DNA of 64,000 nt from Carcharhinus amblyrhynchos (Eukaryota). How positions within the stretch are numbered: the stretch's first letter is position 1; every line of letters begins with the position of its first letter. Made by a program: the position numbers and the translations under genes. Under the pieces are notes generated by a model that saw only the letters and a program-made list of their open reading frames with translations, made no database searches and had not been told where the DNA came from. The stretch is taken from contig OZ336871.1 of NCBI GenBank assembly GCA_965287045.1, positions 31,248,001 through 31,312,000 of the forward strand, read 5' to 3'. This document shows, piece by piece, positions 11,800-24,128 of the stretch.

Positions 11800-13190
11800 T
11801 GTATTCTTTTGGTTGCTGCTGGAGCGGAAGAGGAGGATAAATTGCGGATAGAGGAGGCCCAGGACTTAAAACTTGCAGGAGGAGAGGGAGTCAGCCACTG
11901 GGGACAGGATATGGCTGCCATTCGCCCGGGATGGGAGGGGGGGGTTGCAGAGACACCAGCAGTTCCACACATGGGTGTCTTTCAAGCAGTTGGACATCAC
12001 GTGCCCCGAATGCTCCAGTTCCAAAAGGAGACAGTGCGATACCTGTGCCATTTATTGCGAGACCTGGCACCTCAGGGCACAGGGATGATGGGGGGGGGCA
12101 CCCACTCCCAATGGCTGTGAAATTGATGGCCACCTGAAACCTTTCTGAGACCAAATCCTTTTAACCTGCCAGTGGAGAACTCTGTGGCATCTCACCATCA
12201 TCCATCCACAAGTGTGTTAAGGAGGTCACGGATGCCCTGTATGCCCGGGCCTGGCCGGTGTATTAAATTTGACCTGACCAGGCTCAACAGGAAGGCCCCA
12301 GGCTGCAGGATTCACAGCCATCGCAGCGATGCCAAATGGGCAGGGGCCTGTAGACTGTACCCACGTCACCCTCAAGGCCCTGGTCATGAATCCAGCAAGA
12401 TTCATGAACAAAAAAGGGCTTCCATTCAATAATTGTGCAGTTGGTTTGTGACCATCAGCTGAATATTATGCACATCTACACCAGACATCCTGATAACATA
12501 ACAGCTTTATATTGACGAGCTCAATGGTTTGTGAGTGACATGAGGTACCCACTTTGGATTTGGCTGGTGACGCCTGTGCTAAGGCCTGAGACTGAGGCAG
12601 AGACCCGATACAACGAGGCCCATATTGCCACCTGTAGAATAACAGGGCAGTGCAATAGGGCTCCTCAAAATGCAGTTCAGTTGCCTGGACCACTCTGGCG
12701 GGGCACTCCAGTGCAACCCTACACAACCGCAGCGAGGAGACCTTTTGGAAAAGGAGGATGTGGAGGCAGACCAGCCGGGGTGTCTCTGGAGAGGAAGCGG
12801 CCCAGCAGGAGGAGGAAGGCAATGATGAGCAACGTCAGCCAGACACTAGAGGGCAGTGAGGGTCAGGCAGGCGAGGGCGGTGAGGGTCAGCCAGACACTA
12901 GAGGGCAGTGAGGGTCAGGCAGGCGAGGGCGGTGAGGGTCAACCAGACACTAGAGGGCAGTGAGGGTCAGGCAGGAGAGGGCAGTGAGGGTCAGGCAGAC
13001 AAGGGCAGTGAGGGTCAGCCAGACACTAGAGGGCAGTGAGGGTCAGGCAGGCGAGGGCAGCGAGGGTCAGGCAGGCGAGGGCAGCGAGGGTCAGGCAGGC
13101 GAGGGCAGCGAGGGTCAGGCAGGCGAGGGCAGCGAGGGTCAGGCAGGCGAGGGCAGTCAGGGAGACCCTGATCACCATGCGGTTATGCCA
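11800..13190 (+). pseudogene. Harbinger (HARBI1-like) DDE transposase pseudogene
   Basis: FQKETVRYLCHLLRDL, HPLPMAVK, GELCGISPSSIHKCVKEVTDAL, GPVDCTHV, FMNKKGFHSIIVQLVCD, YPLWIWLVTP...ETRYNEAH, terminal VRETLI; frameshifted. Confidence 0.88.
12834..13158 (+). repeat. GC-rich minisatellite of 24-bp and 28-bp units
   Basis: gagggcagcgagggtcaggcaggc units interspersed with gagggYRgtgagggtcagccagacacta units; 52-bp higher-order period at the start. Confidence 0.95.
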
Positions 13191-13339
13191 CTGGGAGTCT
13201 ACGTTGCCACACGTTCGTTCCATTCCCTACTCCCCCCTCCCCAACTCCCCTACAATTACCTACAATATTGTAACACTGGAGTGGTGGGCCTGGGTACACT
13301 GTGTCAGTGAGTTTCTGTGGCAGACAGGAGGGTGATGAC

Positions 13340-15860
13340 GGCTCACTATGCACCATCCTGATAATGTGCTGGCGCAAACTAATCTGACTCCTACCTGAGC
13401 TCCCTATGCACGTTGGCACCTGGGCCCACATCAGGATAGTGGGTAAGGGTCATGGAGCGTTTGGGGTGGGGGAAGGGAGGGAATCTGTAGTGGGTTTTGG
13501 GGATGCCATGGGAGATGGTGTAAGTTGCTGCCAATGCATACCACCCACCATAGCCAGTGATTTCTTTGAACATCTTCATTTTGTCAGTGACAGAGCATTG
13601 GGGGGGGGGCTCCCCCTCCTGACATCAATACACAGGTTCCCTTTGGGGTAAGGTCTTTCCTGCTGGAGACAAATCTGAGACGTTAGTCATAGGTGGGTGG
13701 TGAAATGACATTTATTTGAGTGGCAGGGTCAAAGCGATGGACGAGCCACAGCAGAGTCCCAGAGGGCCACGGTTGAGTGGGCTGCTGCCATAGCGCGCTG
13801 TTCCGCTGGGTCTCCTGCAAGCTCTCAAGTCTCTCAAACATGGCAACAGAATCTCGAGAAACATGTTCAGGCCCTCAGCTGTAGCCTCAGTGACTCAACC
13901 GTGGCCGTCTGGGACTCTGCTGTGGGCCTGCTGTGACTCAGCCATTGCTTAGACTCTGCCAGTCATGGTGCGGATCCTCTGCCCGAGGCTCTCCACCATT
14001 GACACCACCCTTGCAGTGTTGGCCTGGGAACCATACAAGACATGCAATAGCTGGTCCAATCAACTTTTACAGCATCCTTTCTGGTTGTATCACAGTTCGT
14101 CATGGCTCATTCTCTCCCCAAGACCACAAAAGGTCATGAGTCCATTACGCAAACCAGCCTCCCATTCATTGACTCTGTTCACACTCCCCACTACCTCAGC
14201 AAAGCAGCCAGCATAATTGAGGATCCCACGCATCCTGGACATTCTCTCTTCTATCTTCTTCCGTCGGGAAAAAGTTACAAAAGTCTGAAGTCACGTACCA
14301 ACCGTCACAAGAACAGCTTCTTCCCTGCTGCAGTCAGATTTTGAGTGGACCTAACTGACATTAGGTTGATCTTTCTCTACACCCTAGCTACAATTGTAAC
14401 CCTAAATTCTGCATTCTCTTGTTTCTATCTCTATGAATGGTATGCTTTGTCTGTATGGTGGGCAAGAAGCAATACTTTTCATTATATACTTATATATGTA
14501 ACAATAATAAAGCAAATCAAATCAAAAAGCCTGAAAACTCCTCCCAACAGCCTCACAGTTGGTCCAGTGTGGCCATCACTCCCTCTTGCGTTCCCTGGTT
14601 CTGTTGCTGCATCTCCAGCAGCTATGGGAGAAGTGATCTCAGAGGCCCAGCATGTAGCCTAGGGCCAGCTGAGTCCTTGCCTCCAGCAGGTCCCCGCATG
14701 CCAGAGGCCTCGGGCCTTCCCTCCTCAGCAGATGTGTCGTGAGCACCATTGAGTGACCCAGATGGCTTGTCACTAACTTGACCCACCGATGTGAGAGTCT
14801 CTGGGGTGGTGAGTTGTGAGGTGGAAGCTGACGCCAAACTGGTGCCTCCCTCAGAGGTTACTTCACCAGCTTCCTCCCGAGGAGCTGTCAGCGGCAGGCT
14901 GGGTGGGAGCAGTAGTGGGGCCCGCGATGCCAGATGGCCTAGGTACATCAGGGTCCCTTCCTGTATCACAGGACACAAGGTTAAGCGCAAGGGAGGGAGA
15001 GGAATCTGGGATGCAGGCAGCTTACTTGACAGTTCTCCATTGAATAAAGAACAAAGAAAATTACGGCACAGGAACAGGCCCATCAGCCATCCAAGCCTGC
15101 AGCAACTGTCTGAATTAAAACCTCTTACCCTCCTAGGGACCGTATCCCTCTATTTCTATCCTATTCATGTATGTGTCAAGACGTCCTTGAAAAGTCACTA
15201 TCGTATCTGCTTCCATGACCTCCCCCGGCAGTAAGTTCCAGATACCCACTACCCTCTGTGTAGAAATCTTGTCTTGTACATCTCCTTTAAATCCTGCCCC
15301 TTGCACCTAAACCCGTGCCCCCGAGAAGTTGCCTCAAACTGAGTGGAAAATTGGTAGGTGCTCATTTCTCGACTCCAGCGGTTGCTGATAACCCGGATGT
15401 CCTCCTCTCCCACAAGCTCCAGCGCCCGCTCCTCAAAGGATCACCGTGAAAAATCTGATGGTGTGCAGAGTATCGGGGGTAGCCCTCAGAGGGCAAGCGT
15501 GAGATGCTCTTGGGGGGGAAGGAAGGCAGTGTTTGGGGGTCAGGGTTTGGGTGCTGGGGATAGGGGGATCTGGGGGTTGATTTGGGTGAAGGTGCCAGAT
15601 GGGGTTAAACACTTGCCCGTGCTGCCTGGATGAGGTCATTTATTTCCTTGTGGCACTGCTTGCCAGTTCTCCTAGCCAGTGCCATGGCACTCACAAAGGC
15701 AGTCCATACCTCCCATACCGCATATCCGTTGCTTCCCTTGGGATGAGATCCTGTTGCGGGGAAGAGGCCGTCCTGTCTTGCCTCCACTGCCTCCAGCAAC
15801 CTGGCTAGGTCAGATTCAGAAAATCTGGGAGCTTCCTTTCTTCTTGCACTGTCTGGCCAT
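13340..15860 (-). pseudogene. Harbinger Myb/SANT-like DNA-binding partner gene (multi-exon, decayed)
   Basis: APRFSESDLARLLEAVEARQDGLFP...W...RRTGKQCHKEINDL (about 15840-15620), FEERALELVG (about 15435-15405), then S/T/P-rich segments. Confidence 0.78.
14045..14527 (+). mobile_element. Rex1/Babar-type LINE 3' fragment
   Basis: SILSGCITV, IIEDPTHPGHSLFYLLPSGKSYKSLKSRTNRHKNSFFPAAVR, (aaatc)n tail. Confidence 0.8.
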
Positions 15861-17209
15861 CCTTGGGGTTTTTATGGAGCTGTCTGTCATTAGGGCGGAT
15901 AAGCTGCAGGCTGTTTGGCAGAGCATTCGAGCAAGTTAAGCGTAGTTTGCTTGTTAGCATTGAGGGGAAGCCAAGTGAGATGTGCTGATGAGGAGGAGGC
16001 GAATTTGTGCCTCTATGATGATTGGGGGGAGAGGGAGAGAGGGTCGTGTCAGACAGGCATCAGGCCCAGGAGATGATGGGGCCAAGTGCGAGTGGGTCTG
16101 GGGTTTGGGGGGGGGTAAGGGGGCCAGTAATGTTGGGTGGGTGGGGGGGGGGTCTAATGTCCGTGGGGGCTGAGGGGGAGGCTGTGTCTGGCCCGGGAGG
16201 GATCCGGTGGGGGAGCCGCTTTATTTAAGTCTTCTCCTGCGCCTGTGCAGTTTGAGGCTCCGACAGGGAGCTGCAGGTTTTCGGGAGCGTTAAGCCCCAT
16301 CCACTGCTTTCTGTAGCAAGAAATAGACTCGCCCAAAGTTTTGCAGGTGACTGTGCTTGAAAACGTGCCCAGAAAATGGATCTGAAACTGTCCCGGTTTT
16401 ACGCCAGCCCAATACTTAGAAACAAATCTCGTAAAATTACGCCCTTCAACTTCCTCTTTGATTCAGTGATTCACTGGGATATCACCCCACACCCCGTTCC
16501 TATCGTCCCGTCACCCGCTTAGTAATCATTCAACCTAAAAAAGAATGTGAACTTCAATCCCTCTATAAAAGTGTCTTACCCAACGACACACACTATCTTC
16601 TCCAGTGGGAAATTTTACAACCATTGCTAATGACGTCCTCTGACTGCACAGTATTTCCTGCTTTGCTGTCCCTGTGGTGGCTGGCCGAAAGTACACGGAA
16701 AGTACACAATCAGCAATACGATCTAACAGCTCAAGCAGTACAAACGAGTTTGACACTTGAGCCAGCAAATCATCAAGACTGAATTTCTCTCCGTGCTGTA
16801 AACGCTCTACGTTACAAATCCAGAACCTCAGTCCTTGATGTTTTTGAAAAAAAACACTTGTAAGGAAGCTTTACATGAGGAATATCCCCAGGTTTGAGAG
16901 TTCTCAATATGTGTGCAAATAATTGGAGATCTGTCGCTAAGAGACGTACAAACCTGGCCACAGGCACAAGTGGCCAACCCCATTAGCTATTCAGAGAACT
17001 TCTGACCACAGACTGTAACTGTCTAGTGTCATGTGTACAGGATATTCGGAGGCTGGTTGTCTGATTTGTGCCATCATGAATTATGCAACAAATTTAAGTT
17101 TGTGTTTAAATTTAATTAATATTAAAGGAGATGCCATTTACTTTAGAAGAGTCAGACGTGTCACATTGAAATATAGGGGGTTCTTGAAAAGATGGATGTT
17201 GAGCAATTT

Positions 17210-17510
17210 GCGGCACAGTGACACAGTGTTCACACTGCTGCCTCACAGCGGTAGGGACCGGGGTTCGATTCCAGTCTTGGGTAACTGTCTACGTGGCATT
17301 TGTGCGTTCTCCACATGTCTGCATGGGTTTCCTCCAGGGGCTCCGGTTTCCTCCCATAATCCAAAGATGTGCGGGTTAGGTGGATTGGCCATGCTAAATT
17401 GATCCGAATGTCAGAGGGATTAGCAGAGTAAATGTGGGGCTTGGGTGGGGTTGTGTTTGGTGCATATTCAATGGGCTGAATGTCCTCCTTCTACACTGGG
17501 GGATTCTATC
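17210..17510 (+). mobile_element. HE1/V-SINE
   Basis: Consensus match. Confidence 0.85.
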
Positions 17511-17972
17511 TATATGTGGAGCATCTCAAACTAAGGATCAATGGCTGGAATTTTCCAGCTGTTCCTGCCAGCTGGATCTTCTGGTCCTGCCGATGGCGCA
17601 ATCCCCGCCACGGATTTCTCGGCATGTGGGGTGCGGACAATGGGAAACCCCACGGACAATAACAGGACCAAAAGGTCCCACCACCAGTGAACAGCGCACC
17701 ACCTCCCACCATGAGAAACATGCGGTGGGGAAGCCAAAAAATCCCCATAATCTCAGGATAAAGTGCTGAGATTTTTGTACTGAGATGAGGTGAAATTCCT
17801 TTACTCAGAGGGTTGTGAACTTTTTTCTCCGCTTAGAGATTGTGGATGTTCAGTTGGTGAGTATATTCAAGGCAGAGATTGATAAGATCTTGAAGGGAAC
17901 CAATGGGATAAAGCAGGAAAATGCAGTTCACATCAGTACCTGATTTATAGTTAGAGTAGACTCAAGTTCATA

Positions 17973-18650
17973 TTGATTTGATTTGATTTGATTCATTATT
18001 GTCACACATATTGGGATACAGTGAACAGTATTGTTTCTTGCACACGATATAGACAAAGCATTCCATTCACACAGTACATAGAGGGAAAGGAAAGGAGAGA
18101 GTGAAGAATATAATGTTACAGTTACCGATAGGGTGCAGAGAAAAATCAGCTGAATATTTGATCGGACCATTCAAAAGTGGCAGCAGGGAAGAAACAGTTC
18201 TTGAGGTGTTTCGTGTGTGAGCTCTGACTTTTGTACCTTTTTCTTGATGGAAGAAGGTAGAAGAATGTCTGGGGTGCGTGGGGTCCTTGATTAAGCTGGT
18301 TGCTTTTCCGAGGCAGCGAGATGTGTAGACAGAGTCAATGGATGGGAGTGGAATTTGCTACCTCAATGCGCAATGGATGCTAGGACAGTGAGTAAAGTTA
18401 AGGAGGAGTTAGATAGATTTTTAATTGGTAATGGGTTGAAAGTCATAGGCAGGAAAATGGGGATGAAGAGAATATCGGCCATGATCAAATGGCAGAGCAG
18501 ACATGAAGGGCCAAATAGCCTAATTCCGCTCCTATATCTTATGGACTTATGAATAAGGCTGGTTTGTGTGACGGACTGGATTACATTCACAACTCTTTGT
18601 AGTTTCTTGCAATCTTGGTCAGAGCAGGAACCTTACCAAGTTGTGATATA
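17973..18650 (-). mobile_element. Rex1/Babar-type LINE 3' fragment with nested CR1 tail (about 18355-18550, +)
   Basis: Reverse-complement homology to 14045-14527; (gattt)n tail at 17973-17991. Confidence 0.75.
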
Positions 18651-21210
18651 ACTTACTGTTACTCCTATTGCATTCCTTAAATAATGTGCACAAGTGCTTC
18701 AGTTCCTGGTAAAGTGCTATTTCTTGATGAGTTTAGTGGTGTGTGTGGGAAGTGTGGTATAATCTGATAGTGCATCAAACATGATTCATCAAACATTGTG
18801 GTACTTGCTAACTGCATCATTAGATTTTCAGATGATGAGATGTGGCCCCATAAACCAATATAAAAAACATTTGAATCATGTGACATCTCTTCACAAAAAC
18901 CTTGAATTCTTCATTTCAAGTTGATAACCCAGTGAAAGAGCTGTGGGTTTCTGTGAAGAGCGGAATTGTGTCCTCATATCAGTAAATGTTGCCACCAAGG
19001 AGTGTGGCACGTGGGCAAGGGATACGAAGTGGCCAAGAATTGATTGCTGGGCACACGAGGCAACTGCAATAGTTTGTGGGGAGGTTTGGCTCAGTGGGGT
19101 AGGGGAGGGGATAGAAAGAGTGAAAAGAGCTAAATAAACGTGATAGCAATGAAAGCCACAAACTCCTCGCACTTACAACATATGAGATTGGAGGATAAAG
19201 GCGAGAATGAAACTTTTCAAGGGAGAGAAAAATTAGGCATTATCTTTATTGTCCAGGACAACATGGGGTAGGAGAGTTCTAGCAAATGGAAGTGAAGTCC
19301 AGTAACATTTAATGTAGATCTTGGCTAAATAAGTTGTGCATAAGACATGCTCAGTTCTGGACTTGAAGATCTATAAAAGTAGCATCTTTCCAAATCTAAG
19401 TGATTCAGTTTGACAGCATAACGGGGGGAAGACTTGGGTACCGTTGGTGGGAAGGGAACATGCAAGGTGAGTCCATCTCTTATCGATAGACAACTGAAAT
19501 ACAACCGGTCTCTGCCAGCACTATATTACTGATAAACACACACACAAATTGGTTCTGCAGAAGGATCATTTAGATCTGAACCATTAGCTCTGTTCCCCTT
19601 CACAAACTCAGTGGGTCTGACAGCTTCCATCTTGCATGTTTCAGTTTTTGCTCCAGATTTGCAGCGTCTGCAGTATTTTATTTTGACACAAATTAGTGCC
19701 ATTGGAGCAGTTGCCTGGTAGGTACGAACAACAATGACCCTTGAAGGTGTGCTGGTGGCAGGAGATGGATCTGAAACCTTACTGTGGAAAAACAGTGTGC
19801 TGTCTTTAGAAGCCCATTTGGTTGAGAGGATGGCAGAATGGATCAGTGCCAAAGGGCTGGCAGATTTTGGGTTCCTGACCTCAGCATGCCAAGGGAGACA
19901 TTAAGCCAATAAAGGCCAGGTGGTTAAGACTTTTTTTTAGTAGCAGAGGATGCCAAGAGAATTAATTCAGATCTTTTGGCACAAAAATCCCAACGAGGGT
20001 AACATTTGAGAATCTTTCATTCAGGTTGCATTCTAACCTTTTCAATGATAGATGGTGCATACCAAGCAGACATAATCTTGACATTTGAGCCTTGGATTCA
20101 GAAGCAAAGTGCTGCTTTACAGAAAGGGTGATAGAAACATGGAAGTCCCACCCCAAAAAAATCATGGCTGAGATTTTACACCTGTGCTCACCACGGGCAC
20201 AAACGGCAACGTACAGGAGTCAGAAAATGAGAATCGCACTGGTAAGATCTTCTCCTTCCCTGCCGCCAGTGATGGTTTTCTCCCACAGTCCAAAGATGTG
20301 CTGGTTTGGTAGATTGGCTATGCTAACTTCCCCTTACTGCCCCAAGATGTGGAAATTTGGATTAGCAGGGATAAGTGTGTGGGCCTATGAGGATGGGGCA
20401 GGGGTGGGCCTGGGTAAGATGCTCTGTCGGAGAGTCAGTGCAGACTTGATGGGCCAAAAGGCCTCCTTCTGCACTACGTGGGCTCTTTGGGCATAATCCT
20501 TCTGGCCCACTGCACTGGCTGATCAGCTCTGGGCCAGGAAGACAGCATGCAAGGCTCTTATGCCAGGCTCAAATTGGTCCCGTGCCAAAAGCCAACTTCC
20601 CAGACCTGTTCTGCTGGCACAGAAAATCAATTTGAATATTAATGACATGCTTATCCATTTCCAACCTTCTGGACACCTCCCCCTTCACCAGTGAGAGGTC
20701 TTGCAACAAGAATCACTCATGGTCCCATCCAATGAGGACCAAGTGTGATGGCCACAGCGGGGGCATTGACAACCATTGAAGTCCCTGGGTGGTCAGGGGT
20801 GTGGCCAGGCAGCACCCATCATGAATTGCCAACCTGACGGTGCCCATCAGGCAGCATAATAATGCCAGGGGCAGCAGCCAGGGAGAGGGGCCTGAGTGAG
20901 GGGGAGGGGGAGGTCTATGAAGCAGGAGCTCTGTAGGGGGTGGGGGAGAGGCTCCAGGGTATTATAGGGGGAGTGGGGAGGCAAAGCAGGAAATTTGGGA
21001 GAGGGCTGATTGCACGCCGCCTCCATTGCCAAAGGGTCAACAATGCCCCCCAAATGGTGGGGGGCATGCAGGAGGGATGATCAGCAAGGGTGGCTGCAGA
21101 TTGGGTCATGATGGGCAACTTAGCAGGAGGGTCCCGTTGCCCTGGTGCTGGTGACCCATGTTACCATTGGGGTTACCACTGATGATGGGAGTGAGTGATG
21201 TCGGTGTGAT

Positions 21211-22105
21211 AGAACATAAGAACATAAGAAATAGGAGCAGGAGTAGGCCATCTAGCCCCTTGAGCCTGCCCCGCCATTCAATAAGATCATGGCTGATCTG
21301 TCGTGGCTCAGTTCCACTTTCCCACCCTCTCCCCATAACCCTTAATCCCCTCTCTTATCAAAAACCCATCAACCTGTGTCTTAAAAATATTTAGCGAGGT
21401 AGCCTCCACCACTTCAACGGGCAGAGAATTCCAGAGATTCACCACGCTTTGAGTGAAGAAGTTCCTCCTCAACTCCGTTCTAAACAGCCCCCCCTTTATC
21501 TTGAGGCTGTGCCTCCTAGTCCTACTGTCCTTTCTGAGCGGGAAGAGTCTCTCCACCTCTATCCTATCCATCCCATTCATCATCTTATACGTCTCAATGA
21601 GATCTCCCCTCATTCTTCTAAACTCTAACAAGTACAAGCCTAGTTTATTCAGCCTCTCCTCATAGCTCAACCCCCTCAACTCCGGCATCAGCCTAGTAAA
21701 CCTCCTCTGCACTCCCTCCAAGGCCAAAATATCCTTGTGTAAGTGCGGCGACCAAAACTGCACACAGTACTCCAGCTGCGGCCTCACCAGTACCCTATAC
21801 AGCTGCAGCAAGACCTCCCTACTTTTATATTCAATCCCCCTCGCTATGAAGGCCAGCATCCCATTCGCCTTCCTGACCACCTGCTGCACCTGCAAGCTGG
21901 GTTTTTGCGACTCATGCACAAGGACCCCCAGGTCCCTCTGCACCGCTGCCTGCTGCAGTTTTTCGCCCCATAAGGAATAGTCCTTCCTACCATTATTCCT
22001 ACCAAAGTGGACCACCTCGCACTTGCCAACATTAAATTCCATTTGCCAGTTCCTGGCCCATTCGCCCAGCCTATCTAGATCCTTCTGCAGACTCTCCACA
22101 CCCAC
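21211..22105 (-). mobile_element. Young 5'-truncated CR1 (HER1-like) LINE
   Basis: Open ORF2 C-terminus LQKDLDRLGEWA..WQMEFNVGKC..RPQLEYCVQFWSP..GKWN*, 3' UTR and (ttcttatg)n tail. Confidence 0.95.
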
Positions 22106-22431
22106 CTGCGCACTGGCGCCTGGAGTCTGCAGCCGGCTTCCCCAGTGAGCTCTCCTCCGCATCCACCCCCCACCACCCCCAGAACGCTCCCACCAGACCT
22201 TTTGGACACTTGGAGTTTATTGGGAAGATTGTACCCCCATGACTGGAACCGGCTGCTTGGAATGAAAAGCTTGCGTCATTGATCAAGCACAGGTTGGGCA
22301 GGCATTTGGTCAGAAAGCTTGTTGAAGGTTTGGGAAATTAGTTGTACATCAGTTTTTGAATTCTGGGACTAGTCCAGTGGGTTAAAATGGTCTTTTTTGG
22401 GGGTCATACATGTTCTCATACACATTTTTCT

Positions 22432-22746
22432 TAGAATCCTACAGTGCAGAATGAGGCCATTCGGCCCATCAAGTCTGCACCGATCACAATCCCACCCAGA
22501 CCCTATCCCCATAACCTCACGCATTTACCCTAGCTAGCCCCCCTGACACTAAGGAGCAATTTAGCATGGGCAATCCATCTAACCTGCACATCTTTGGACT
22601 GTGGGGGGAAACCACAGCACCCAGAGGAAACCCACACAGACACAGGGAGAACATGCAAACTCCATAGTGACCCAAGCCAGGAAACGAACCTGAATCCCTG
22701 GCACTGTGAGGCAACAGTGCTAACCACTGTGCCACTATACTGCCCC
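22432..22746 (-). mobile_element. HE1/V-SINE
   Basis: Consensus match. Confidence 0.9.
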
Positions 22747-23015
22747 TTGGTTTAAGTCAGAGAACTGTATAAAATAACATTTACTGCTCCTAGATTCCCA
22801 ATTTCTTAGAAGCAGAAGGATGTGATGTCCTGTGATCCCAATGCAATCGCTAATATTTTGAAAGTTATCTTAAATATCTGCAACCAGGAGACTTTTATAT
22901 ATCAGTGAAAAGTGAAAAGTATTAGCCACTCTCTGCAGCAGAAGAGGCAGAGCCATCATAATTAGTCTCAATCAACCAGGATTCCTACTCTCGATTCCAG
23001 TAAAGCACTTTGCTT

Positions 23016-23272
23016 TTATTCATCACTGTCACAAGTAGGCTTACATTACCACTGCGATGAAGTTACTGTGAAAATCCCCCAGTTGCCACACTCCAGTGTG
23101 TTTGGGTACACTGAGGGAGAATTTAGCATGTCCAGTGCTTCTAACACGTCTGGGAGGAAACCCATGCAGACACAGTGGGAACATGCAGTCTCCCCACAGA
23201 CAGTGACCCAAGCCAGGAATCGAACCCAGTCCCTAGTGCTGTGAGGCAGCAGCGCTAACCACTGTGCCACCA
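23016..23272 (-). mobile_element. V-SINE, alternative tail
   Basis: Consensus match. Confidence 0.85.
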
Positions 23273-23342
23273 GTCCTTAACATGAATGTGAGTGAACACA
23301 GACCAAAATCAAATTTGACTGTAACGCTGATTATATTCATAT

Positions 23343-23454
23343 AGTGAGAAGTCTCACAACACCAGTAACCACCAAATAAACCTGTTGGACTTTAACCTGG
23401 TGGTGAAACTTCTTATTGTGCTTACTTCAGCCCAACGCCAGCAATTCCACATCA
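23343..23454 (+). mobile_element. Short Penelope-like insertion (inverted 5' piece plus pLTR)
   Basis: Homologous to 6960-7045; direct repeat tatattcatatagt at 23332-23345 and 23455-23468. Confidence 0.75.
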
Positions 23455-24128
23455 TATATTCATATAGTCGGCTAATATATGGCCTGGAATTCTTAGCACC
23501 TTGCCCGCCACAGAATTGGAGCAGGCGAGGGTCCAACAACGTGGACCTTGGGCGGGAATTTCCAATCTCACCCATAAATGCAAATTGCTGACTTGGCTGA
23601 GGTAACAGAAAGAAGTCGCGACCTGTAAAGACACACCAAGTCTTTGCATTTAATGTTGCAAAATGTCCTAAGAAGCTGCTCAGAAACATAATCAAACAAA
23701 AATTGACACGGATCCAGGGAACAAAGCATTGCTGGGAGATGCTTCATTTGTACAGAAGGCGGGGTTGTGCATTACGACAAACGGTGTAGCCCTCACCTCC
23801 AACTAGCATTCCCTTTGCTTTCTTGCAGGCAAACAAGGAGAGCTCCAGATTCCCAGCTCAGATCAGTGTCAGACAGTTTGAACCAAGGCCCAGGAAAGAA
23901 TGAAACAGTAAATCTGCTGAAGATCATGGGTGAGGGGAAAGGCAGCTTGCAGTAAACCCCAGACTAGGAATATCAATGCCATACTGTTCAGTGAGACTGA
24001 AACTAATTCTTCCAATATTATAGTGACGTGCTGAGGATAACAGCCAATGTCAATAAAAAGCAACACACCAGGGTAAGTAATAGGATTTATTTTAATATCA
24101 AACAAAAATATACACAAGCTTCCAAACT

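Larger units (their letters stand above)
10975..16444. mobile_element. Decayed PIF/Harbinger DNA transposon with convergent transposase and Myb/SANT genes
   Basis: Both hallmark genes present; right end gtaaaattacgccc (16431-16444) resembles the GGGC-GAATTTT terminal repeat of local MITEs; left end not identified. Confidence 0.8.

Noticed and set aside
12834-13158. Repeat array as a CRISPR-like locus or EGSEGQAG repeat protein
   Set aside because: Units are directly tandem with no unique spacers, the context is eukaryotic, and the ORFs simply result from a stop-free 24-bp unit inside a frameshifted pseudogene
18943-19137. Cys/Trp-rich ORF resembling a lectin or SRCR exon
   Set aside because: Cysteine spacing matches no domain I recognise and splice signals on that strand are weak
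21308-22162. 284-aa ORF, the longest in the window, as a host gene
   Set aside because: It is the C-terminus of CR1 ORF2 from a 5'-truncated copy, fused to flanking sequence
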